Assembly (NCBI GenBank): GCA_049999805.1
Contig: JBNGIO010005464.1
Span: forward strand, 1-38,214
DNA length: 38,214 nt
Reading direction: 5' to 3'
Source: Folioceros fuciformis
Taxonomy: Eukaryota
Translations under genes and position numbers: made by a program
Part shown: piece by piece, positions 28,277 through 38,214 of the stretch
Numbering within the stretch: position 1 is the stretch's first letter
Layout: every line of letters begins with the position of its first letter
Notes under the pieces: model-generated
Told to the model about the DNA's origin: nothing
Seen by the model: only the letters and a program-made list of their open reading frames with translations
The model's database searches: none

Positions 28277-29495
28277 TGTGAAGGATTGCTACAGGAGCTA
28301 CATGGTGAAGGAGGAGAGGAGAAAGAGAGGTCACACTCTCACATTCAGAGTCTCAATATGCAAGGGAGCTCAAGGGGGTATTTATACCCTCTAGAAGAGC
28401 TCCCTAGGAAGCTTCACAAGAAGTGCACAAGAAGCTGCGCAAAAAGTTTCTTATAGAATAGCTTAAGCTAATCTAAACTAATGGTACTTAACTAGACACT
28501 AATCTTAGACTGCACATTAGTCTAAGCACATTGGGCTTTAATAACCCTACAACCTCCCACTTAAAGGCCAATTTACCTTCATACGAGAGTGGTCTACCTC
28601 ATGCCCATGAGTGTTCGAGCTCGTGCGAATTGCTCTGTAGAGAGCCCCTTGGTAAGAACATCTGCAGGGTTCTGACTAGTGTGAACTTTAACAAGCCGTA
28701 CCCTCTTGTCTTCCAACACCTCTCAAATGAAGTGATACTTCACTTCCACATGTTTGGTCTTCGCATGAAACACTGGATTCTTCACCAATTGAATAGCACG
28801 CTCGCTATCACAATGCAACACTGGCAGCTCAACCTTGATCCCCAAATCTTCCACTAAACGAGCAAGCCACAAAGCTTCCTTGCAAGCCTCAGTCACTGCA
28901 ACATACTCGGCCTTTGTGGTAGATAGCATTATGCACGATTGCAAACGAGATAGCCCTGAGACTGCCCCTCTAATGCACATCAAGACATAACTTGATGTGG
29001 ACCTCCTTTTGTCCATATCTCGTGCGTAATCAGCATCCGTGTATCCCACTACAGATGCATCTTCACTACCAAAACATAAGCACAAAGCTTTCGTACCATT
29101 CAAGTACCTCATAACTCCTTTTACTGCCTCCCAATGCTTCCTGCCAGGGTTTGACATAAACCTGCTAACCACTCCCACTGCAAAGGCAATGTCAGGACGT
29201 GTAGCAATCATTGCATACATCAAACTCCCTACAGCTAATGAATATGGAACCTTCTCCATTTCAACTTTGTCCTCTGCAGAACTTGGGCAATCCTTGTTTC
29301 ACATATGGAGGCAACGGGGTACTCAATACCTTCCCCTTCTCCATATTGAAACATTGAAGCACCTTATTAATGTACTAAGTCTAAAACAAGTAAAGCAAAC
29401 GCTTTTGTCTGTCTTGACAAATACGCATGCCAAGAATATGCCAAGAATATGTCAAGAATATGCCAAGAATATGTCAAGAATATGCCAAGAATATG
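28277..29495 (-). mobile_element. Ty1/copia fragment (RT C-terminus, RNase H, PPT, 3' LTR ~28277-28551) inserted into the gag of element B
   Basis: VPYSLAVGSLMYAMIATRPDIAFAVG, GYTDADYA, STTKAEY, TKHVEVKYHFI, NPADVLTK; PPT gtgggaggt before TG at 28551; TATAAATA in the LTR. Confidence 0.9.
29427..29492. repeat. 11-bp tandem repeat x6 (atgYcaagaat)
   Basis: Directly visible; derives from the copia RT HILGMRI codons. Confidence 0.9.
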
Positions 29496-29872
29496 GTGCA
29501 TAGGATGCTACATATATAGCCTTCAGGCCGGGGCAACCCTCGATAAGGTAAGCCTTAGTCTCAAGAGTGCAATATCTTGGCATATCCTGATATATCCTAA
29601 TAACACTTAGGTGGTAGATAACTACGAGTTCAATATGGGATAATCTACACTATCCTATACAGAAACAGGAGAAGCAATCTCACTTAGGAAAAATGATCAC
29701 ATGTATCAAACAAGCAAAACTCTTTTTGTCTTGTGTCATGTGCTATGGTGGTTAGGTATTTTGTAGTCATGTGTCTTTTCACATCTTGACTTTCTAACCC
29801 TAACTAAGCTTATTTAGCTTAACCTAGTTGTTGACTAGCTGACGCTAGACTATTCCTAGGCTTCACTTTGCA

Positions 29873-30371
29873 CCCCCACTTAGTCGTAGCCGTCAGTCTT
29901 TACTTGATCACTTCATCCTCTTTCTTCTCGGCTTCAATGTCAGACCTGTGTTTCAAGCCAAGTCCAACAACATGCAAGTTATGTTTTTCTTTGGTTAGAG
30001 CCTTGGTCAGTAAATCAGCTGTATTGTCATCTGTGGGGATGTCACTGAGACTGATTGTCTTGTTGGCTATCGCATTTCTTATGAAATGCTGCTTCACCTC
30101 CACATGTCTGGTTCGAGCATGTGAGATAGGATTCCTAGCTATCGCAATGGTGGACTGGTTGTCGCAATACATCGGCGTAGGATCCTGCTGCTGGTAACCT
30201 ATAGTCTCCAAGAAATTCCGTAGGTGCATGACTTCTTGGGCTGCAGCTGTAGCTGCTGCATACTCGGCCTCCGTGGACGATAATGCAACCACGGTCTGCT
30301 TCTTTGAGGACCAGCTGACGAGGCCCCCACACACCTTTATACAGTATGCTGAGATGGACCTGCGTGAATCC
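29873..30371 (-). mobile_element. Ty1/copia RNase H fragment with PPT
   Basis: [46 protein letters not shown]; aagtggggg PPT; ends at an N-gap. Confidence 0.9.
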
Positions 30372-30471
30372 NNNNNNNNNNNNNNNNNNNNNNNNNNNNN
30401 NNNNNNNNNNNNNNNNNNNNNNNNNNNNNNNNNNNNNNNNNNNNNNNNNNNNNNNNNNNNNNNNNNNNNNN

Positions 30472-31190
30472 CTATTCCTAGGCTTCACTTTGCATCCTAA
30501 GTGTTGCATGCTCTTAATAACAATTCAGTTAGAGCTTGATTTCTAACACTCCCCCTCAAGCTCAGACTATTTGTAACACTCCAAGTAGTTCACGAAAGTG
30601 TAAGAACTTATCTCTACTTAGTGACTTAGTAAATATATCTGCTACCTGGTCTTCGGTCTTCACGTGCCGAAGATCTATCTTCTCAGATAATACCACTTCC
30701 CTGATGAAATGATAATGTACTTCTATGTGCTTCGAACGAGCATGAAACACATGATTAGTAGCCAACCTCATGCTACTCATGTTGTCACAGTAGATTGTGA
30801 CCTTGTTGTTCACTATATTTCCAAGATCATGTAGCAACTTCTGCAACCAAGCTGCTTCACACGCTGCCATTGCAGCTCCTCGATACTCTGCTTCTGTGCT
30901 TGACAAAGCAACTGTCGGTTGTTTCTTGCTTTGCCAGCTGATCATACTCCTTCCCAAACTGAATGCATATCCACTGGTTGATCTTCTATCATACGCACAA
31001 CCAACCCAATCAGCATCTGTATATCCTGTCAGTTCAAGATGCTTCCTATGCTCATAAAGCAATCCAAACTCAGTAGTTCCTTTCACATATCTCATGATTC
31101 TTCTAACTGCATCTAAGTGCGGTTTCCTTGGGTTTTGCATGATTTGACTAATCAATCCTACTGCATAATTTAAGTTAGGACGTGTAATAG
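30472..31190 (-). mobile_element. Ty1/copia RT C-terminus/RNase H, PPT (30549-30560) and start of 3' LTR
   Basis: [45 protein letters not shown]; gagggggag followed by TGTTAG at 30548. Confidence 0.9.
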
Positions 31191-34100
31191 ACTTGGAATA
31201 GCGCACTCTCAGCCACGCCCAATCACCAACTTCATATTGTTCATGTTGTTGCTTCTTGTTGGCATGCGTTGACCTTTGATGGTTGATGGCTCTCATTCGC
31301 TGCATAGCCTCTGCTAGGGTTTTCCCCATCTCTTCGGTGAGTTCAATCACATATTGAGGGACTCCTTGCAGCACCACTTGACACCTCGTGAGTCCCTTGC
31401 TACCATTACTCATACATAACTATGCGTCGAGCCTCCATCAATGAGGAAGGACATTGACCAGTCACCAAGCCTGCCCTCCACGGTCATGGACTGGTGCTTC
31501 AAGTGCTCAAAAGCCCTTTCTTCTGCCTGCTTCGAATTCTGCAAGCTCTCGATGTCAAGTTGTTGATTGACGTTGTTCTGGCCCTGCAGCCTCTTCAACT
31601 CATCACTCAACTCAATCTGCACCCTTGTGCAAGCATTTATCTTAGCAACACCTTGCCTCACAGTGCATCCAGCGTGCTTGACACCCTTCAGCCATTTACC
31701 ATACATGGTGTTGTACGGACATGCCCTCGCCACATGTTCTGGCTTTGCACAGATGAAGCACAGGCCTTTTGCCATGAATTCTCTTTTTTCACCCTCACTT
31801 CGCTGCTTGAACTCAATGGGTTTCAATTCCTTTTGCTGGCTGATTTGTGCAACTGACCTTGCAGGTTTGCCTCTAGGCCTCCACGTAGGGGCAGCTTGGC
31901 ACCTTGCCCCTTGAGCATGGTATGGCTTCTGCTGATGGCTTGTGGCCCTTGCCATTGCTGGTTGCACTGCAGACAAACACAACGCAGCTGGAGCCTTCAC
32001 ACCAAAGTGTTCGATGTCCATGGCAGCTTGCATAGCTTCCTCCACTGTTTTGCAATGTCGTTGTTTGATCCCCAACTTGTACTCAGGTTTGATTGCATGA
32101 AAATACCTAGCCAATTTGGCTTCTTGCTCCAAGTCTGGCAGTTTCAACATGGCGTTCATGAACAGCAAGTGAAACTCCTCCAGCGAGCTTGTGTGTTTCA
32201 AACTGTACCAGGCTGACCAACATCGCTCTTTGTGGTCCTTAGGCAAAAAGGCTTGCAATAACTTTGCCTTCATCACCTCCCATGACATGATAGGTACTTT
32301 CTCCCCACGTTTGCTAGCCTCCTTTCGATTTTCCCGCCAAGCTCTAGCCAAATGGCTGGTGTAGTGTACAGCTAAATCAATCTTCTCCTTCTCTGACATG
32401 CTCACAGCTTCAAAGTACACTGAGAAGGCCTTGGTCCACTCTTGTAACTTTGTTGGAATCCTGTCAGTGCAACTCAGGGTTTCGAACTTGGCCCTCTTGC
32501 GGAGATCGTCGTTCTTCGTTGATTTTGGACCCTTGTCAAAAAGTAAGCCTTCTCGCATTGCCATGTCATGGTCATCATGTGCCTGAGCTCTCTCGTGATC
32601 GGCTATCTGTAGCCTGCTTGATATTTCAGCTATCTTGGGATCCTCCTGCTCCTCTGGAGTGAGCCCTTGAATTCTAAAGTGCTTGAGAGTTGCTGCTGAT
32701 GAAATTGCAAGGTGTGCAGGCTGGGCAGTCTTATTGGGAGTCACTGTTGAGGCCGGCTGCATGCTATTAGGGATAGGCTCGTCACCTTGATTTACTTGTG
32801 GTTCTCCTGGACGGTGGCTCTCATGACCTCTGGGTGGCCTCTGGAGTGCCTGAACAAGCATGTCTCTCAAGGCTTGCTCGCGCTCAGCATTCTATGTAAG
32901 CAACTCTGCCACCATCTTGTCATGTTGGGCCTTTTGCTCTTCTAACATGTGACGCAAAAATTTCTTGGGCCTCAGCTTCCATACGAGATCAAAACTCTAC
33001 CGCGCTTTGCTCTCCCCAAGGTGTCTGATTTGGAAGTGTCTCCTCGTGATAATCTCTGGCAAGAACCTCCTCCATCACGGGTGTCGGCTCTCGAGTTGGT
33101 TCAGGTTCACTTCTTCCCTTGTTGGCAGCTCTAGACTTCTCTCCCCGTGCTCTAGTCGTGGTAGTGACGCGTTCCTGCTCTGTTTACGTGCTCTTCTATT
33201 GTCGTCGAGGTTTCTTGGTGCCAATTGTGGCTGCTAGTCCTCCCCTCTTCCTGACTCCACCACCTCTAATTGCAGGATTTGGCTCTGAGTGTCCGGCTTC
33301 GACTATGGGCACGGTTCTTTTTCTCAATCGTGAAGAAATTCGACTAGCCTCCGTGGTAACGCAATCGACCAACCAATAGATCTATCTTGGTGCCCGCAAT
33401 GAACCAGGCCTTTGTTCCAGGGAAAGAAATTTCCCTCCCACAAGCACTAACTACCCAATGCTTCACCTTCCACCTTTGGACTCTTGGGACACTCCACTAA
33501 AGATGAACCAGCTTCCGAGCAGTGGTCAAGCTTTGCAGCACTCACGAGCTCCCTCGTCACTGACCTTTCCAAAGCTCTTTCCTCCTGATTGCTCGCACGA
33601 ATAGCAAATTCCTCCTTGACAAGATCCAAGACTTTCTGGCTTCTTGAATTTAATCTCTACATTCCATGAGAACTCGTATTGTGTCCACAATGCACACTGT
33701 CCCCCCAAACTTTGAATAGTCTGCAAAGGCTGTCAAGAACCACTCTACCCCGCCTACATATCTCGCATCACTGCCCCATCACTCATCTTTCATCCCGAAC
33801 CTCAAAATTCCAAGATGGCAAATCTCCACGAGCATACGTCCTCTCCCAAGTATGTTGCTCCCTCTTGTCCTAGCCACGAGCTCCACCGCGGATCTTGCAA
33901 TCTTGAAATTCTCATCCCTCCCCCAATCGCTTGGCTTTGATACCAAATGTAAAGAAAAGTCGGTCAGCCAACAAGCCCATGGCTCCCAAGGAAAACAAAC
34001 AAGCCCCCCACATCCGTCCTCATTTGGGTTCTTGACCCCAATTAGTTGACTTGCTTCTTGGGTTAGTTACTAACTCGAGTTCGTCTAACTTGAGTTACTT

Positions 34101-34288
34101 GACCCCTAGTCCTAACCCTAACTACCTAGCTGGTTCTCTTCTAAACTCTAGCCATGCCCTAAGCTGATATAGTTGCAGCCAATTTTCGTACGCTAGCAAC
34201 TTCATCTGGGCACTGATTAGGTGCCCAGTCCCAGTTCTCATCAAGCTAGCCTTAGCTCGTAAGCTCACGGCTATAGCTAGCCGTGACA
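31191..34288 (-). mobile_element. Ty3/gypsy element, internally deleted (5' LTR 33948-34288, PBS 33934-33945, gag, protease start, integrase tail)
   Basis: 486-codon gag ORF 31410-32870 with CFICAKPEHVARAC, ending [12 protein letters not shown]; then [38 protein letters not shown] tgtaaag...cgtgaca inserted in a copia gag. Confidence 0.88.
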
Positions 34289-35479
34289 CCTTGTGACTTT
34301 GCTTTCCTTGAAAAAAGTTCCGAGTCACCTTTGTGTTCATTTTTTAATGAATGCACCAACTTCTCTTGTAGAAGCAACCCAACCACCTCTCTTATTGTCA
34401 CTTGTTTATTACTTGAATGCATCGCTGCTGATATCCTAAAAGACACCACAAATTGCATGTATGTAGATGGTAAACTATTCAATAACACTATAATACTCCT
34501 TCCTTCAGAAGGTTTGATGTTTGCAGCTTGCATTTGATCAACCAAGTTCTTCAACTTGTTGACGTGTTGTTGAATCATGTCCTCTTCAACCATCTTGAAG
34601 TTGGACAATTGTTGCTACAACAACATGCCACTCACCATACTTCTTTTTTTGTAAATATGGCAAAGGGTAGTCTATGCTTTCTCCGATGTTGCACACTCAC
34701 TCAATTGAGAGAGTATGTCATTAGACACATTAAGAAGGATTGCATTTAATGCTCGTCCATCCTTATCAAGGTCTCCTTCGCTGGGTGTGTCTTCGAGGCC
34801 CTTGTCAACGAATTTCCATACTCCTCTCTTAATGAGAAGCATCTTCATCTTTAAATGCCATAGTGTGAAGTTCTTGCCTCTAAACTTCTCCACAAGCATG
34901 TCTCAATGAAACATGTCTCCATGCCTGTTGACGCCATCTATTATATCCTCTCGAATTTCAACCTCTTGCTATAGAATGAATACTATCAATACCTTTACAA
35001 CTACACACGAGCTTGTACAAGCCCCAAGCTAAGAGCTATGCAATTGTTTGTAAACTCTCACAAGCACAGGGCTAAGAGTTTATTCCTTGCACACAAGTTC
35101 TTTCTAGCACTTTGCTAAGAACTATGCAAAAGGTGTTGACACAAGTGCACAACTATAATAGCCAAGAGAAAACTACTAGGCTCTAGAACATGGCTCTGAT
35201 ACCATGTTAGAAATATACGGATCTAGCCTTCACTGAGAGGACATATTTTACAAGACACAGGAGTGTGAACAACATGTAAGAGCTCAATGAGCTCAAACAC
35301 TGATGCTTATCTATTCACCACTACATTATAGAGCGTCGCCATGTCCCCTTATATACTAGAGAGTTTAGGGTTTAGGGTTTAAACCCTAAACCCACCATGT
35401 TTTTATCCTAGACACTATCTATTCTATAGTAATAAACTTGCTTAGACTACAAGCAAAGTTCTTCTACCACTCTCTAATA
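34289..35479 (-). mobile_element. Ty1/copia 5' part (LTR ~35205-35479, PBS, gag), interrupted by the gypsy LTR
   Basis: VEKFRGKNFTLWHLKMKMLL, IVLLNSLPSTY; perfect PBS TGGTATCAGAGCCA (35191-35204); LTR tgttagaa...ctctaata (alternative right end 35554). Confidence 0.88.
35368..35393. promoter_or_regulatory. Palindromic telobox pair in the copia LTR
   Basis: gggtttagggttt|aaaccctaaaccc, a perfect 26-bp palindrome of plant telomeric repeats just upstream of a minus-strand TATATAA. Confidence 0.7.
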
Positions 35480-35862
35480 TGGCATAAATATTTAACTGTT
35501 AATTTAGAACAATTACTCTTTTGATGTGTTGTCCAAAACCATCCATTTCTAACAGTTTAGTCCTAATATCGGTTCTCTTGCTCTTGATCATGGGCAGCCC
35601 GTACTTAGGGTCTGGCAACGGACTCTCACATCCCTCAGCACCGAATCTTCTGCACATATTTCCATACTCATGAGAGTGAATGTTGCCCCGTAGCCGTACT
35701 AGAAGTGAGGTGAAAGTGAGCAAATTGAGAAGACAAAGCAAAACAACATTCCTACTTGCGTTCTGGCTTCCACGTCCAGTCCCAACAAAGATAGGAACCC
35801 AGAGTAGCAGTGATGGCTCCTTCCACCTCCAATGACACTTTCTCGCTCACCCTCTTCTCAAC

Positions 35863-36205
35863 ATCATGTTCACGTCCTCAGAGTATGGGAGCCTTGTAAT
35901 AGCGACAAAACACAACTCCTACAGTGGAGAGTCCCAAGAGCCTGGTTTGTGAGTGTGCGGGCATCCTTCAGCTTGTGCACCTCTTCGCAGATGAGGAGGT
36001 CACAAGCACCTTCCTTTTGAAACTCTTTGACATGTATTCCGAAGGTCTTCTACGAGCGGATAAGAACCTGGCAGTGATTTTGTGGGGCAAGGAAGGAAGC
36101 AATTTGAGACAAAGTATTAGCCTTGGTGGACTCGCAAATGGCTAGCACATTCACCTGGTTCTCCAACCATTTGGTGATCTTGGACTCCCAATTACTCACT
36201 AAACT
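35863..36205 (-). pseudogene. RAD54: Fragment of a RAD54/CHR25-like SNF2 helicase (intronless, degenerate)
   Basis: SLVSNWESKITKWLENQVNVLAICESTKANTLSQIASFLAPQNHCQVLIRS*KTFGIHVKEFQKEGACDLLICEEVHKLKDARTLTNQALGTLHCRSCVL, then in another frame FCRYYKAPIL*GREHD; follows the motif Ia-II order I recall for plant RAD54. Confidence 0.75.
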
Positions 36206-36719
36206 GCCACTGTCTACTTGTGGTTCGATCCTTAGATGTGTTTGCCCAGTTGGGGTTCGCATCTGATCAACTCCAGGCGCTACCCAGGATCTCCGGGCTC
36301 AAGCTTCTTGCAAGCCCTCCATGAGCGAGCACCATTTTGGCTGCAGATGTGGAAGAGCTGGTAGATACGCATGGGTCCATGACGCAAGGCAAGAAGATGA
36401 CTTCATATTCCTGCCTCCTATCTCCACTCCTTGGCAAGAGTCCATAGGGCGACATCCGGAGCTTGCTCCAGTGAGCGGCTTGGCTTCGACTCCGATTGAA
36501 TTTCGTCATTCTGGAGTGTAATGCACAGCTAGATCCGAGTTGTTTGTGGGGTTTTGCTTCTACCGGAGTATTGTTATGAACTTGGATACGGGGCCGGTTT
36601 GTAGTCATGACAAACCTGGTCCGAAGAACCGCTCTGGTTCGACACTATCTTGAGACCATTGGAAAAAATTAAAAAAAAAGCTTTTCAAGTTCGTAAATTT
36701 TGGGGCTTACGCCTGGACT

Positions 36720-37900
36720 AAGCTGTGAAGGTAGGGCAATATTTTGGCACAAGGCAGCCTCATATTGTCTAAAGCAAGGTATGTTGTACAAGCTAGGGCC
36801 CAACGGTAAGGTGTGACGTTGTTTGGAGATGAATGAGGGAGTTGTGGTGACAAAAGCTTTGCATGCTAAGGAGGCAAGAGGCCATTACTCAATACCTATC
36901 ACCATCAAGAAGATTTTGGACATAGGATTTTGATGAAGCACCATGCAAAGGGACATTTGGGAATTTGTAAAGAGATATGATGCTTGTCAGCGGGTAGGGA
37001 GGCCCACATTGATGACTAGATGGTCTTTGACTTACATCATACCCCTAGCTCTATTTGAGAAGTGGAGGATAGATTTTGCAAGGCCAATTCATCCCCCTAC
37101 TCGTTGGACAAGGAAGCAGTACGTCCTGGTGGCTACAAATTACTACACCAAGATGGTGAAGGCAGAAGCTACTTGTTGCGATGATTCCCTTATAGTAGCA
37201 AAGTTCTTGTTTGAGAACATCATCACGTGCTACGAGTGTCCCTTGGAGTTGGTTAGTAATAGGGGGACACATTTCGTAAATGAAGTCATCACCTCCTTGA
37301 CCACATACTTCAACATCTGTCATCGAAAGACCACCCCCTACGACCCGAAGGTGAATTGACTGACCAAGAAAACTAATGGCCTTTTGGAAACCATCTTGAC
37401 CAAGGTGATTGTGACTCAAATGTATGACTTGGACACCAAGCTCCATTTAGCACTTTGGGTCTACAGAACAGCAAAAAGGATTACCATTAAGAGAACACGT
37501 TGCTTCCTGACATATGTTATGTCATCCGCCCTCCCTATTGAGTTTGAAATTTCCACTCACCGCGTCATGGAGGAAGCTAGGCTCCTAGTGAGGGAGAGCC
37601 AAGAGGTTAGGTTGGAGGCTTTCATCACTTATGAAGAGGAGAGGAAAGGGGCCTTGGAGGAAACTTACCACATGTAGGAAGCATCGCCATGACGATAGGT
37701 TGAGGAACAAGGGGATCTGGTACTACTATATGATGGTAAGTACGTGGATTTTCTAGGTAAGTTGCGGTTGAGGTGGATAGGTCCCTACAAAGTGGAGGAA
37801 GTGTTTGCGAATGGGTCTGTCCAATTGAGAGTGCTGTATGAAACTTGTTGCCAACAAGAGTAAATGGTTGGCATGTTAAGAAGTATTATCCACTATGAGC
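36720..37900 (+). mobile_element. Ty3/gypsy (non-chromovirus, Tat/Athila-like) integrase relic
   Basis: ALHAKEARGH...DACQRVG, KWRIDF, SNRGTHF, TTPYDP, ALWVYRTA, GDLVLLYD...WIGPYKV; possible PPT/LTR start near 37932-37945. Confidence 0.85.
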
Positions 37901-38214
37901 AGACTCTTTGTTTGCGAGGATGCAAACAAATGGGAAGGGTGGCATGTGAAACACTAAATTTTGGGGCATTGGTTTAGTTTAGTCAAAAAAGGGTCTCATG
38001 TGGCTTAGTAAGGTTTTTTCCATTTTTTTAATTTTATTTCCTTTTGATTTTTCCCATTTGTACTATTAGTTAGGCCAACTGATTGGAGGATGGTAGGTAG
38101 TGTTGTCAACAAGATGAGAGTAGGTCCACTACCAAGCCTAAGAAAACTTGGCTTTGGTACCATACCATAGGTTCAGCTTGATATTAGGTCTAGGTATAGG
38201 TCTGGTTTTTGGCT

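Noticed and set aside
30472-35479. Single copia element spanning the gag at 34.3-34.9 kb and the RT at 30.6-31.2 kb
   Set aside because: The visible LTR sequences at the two ends do not match.
36720-37900. Missing 3' half of DNMT element A
   Set aside because: Same strand, but no DNMT motifs IX/X, RT or matching target-site duplication precede it, and the integrase type differs from that of element B.

Overview
Plant nuclear DNA (land-plant-like; the species cannot be determined from sequence alone) with five N-gaps. One intact host gene, a 14-exon DEAD-box RNA helicase on the minus strand (12464-16142), sits among decayed, nested transposons: a CACTA transposase relic, several Ty1/copia fragments and four or five Ty3/gypsy elements. 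The most notable signal is two divergent, convergently oriented Ty3/gypsy-type elements (about 19.9-23.25 kb on +, and 23.26-28.28 kb on -). Each carries a C5 cytosine DNA methyltransferase (DNMT) domain in the pol reading frame just after the aspartic protease. The + element keeps recognisable motifs I, IV, VI and VIII. The - element keeps only the DNMT N-terminus, because of an internal deletion, and also has a PHD finger at the end of its integrase. Both copies are pseudogenised. Other observations are an intronless RAD54/CHR25-like fragment, an LTR-LTR-like junction, a telobox palindrome in a copia LTR and a 45-bp frame-preserving repeat.
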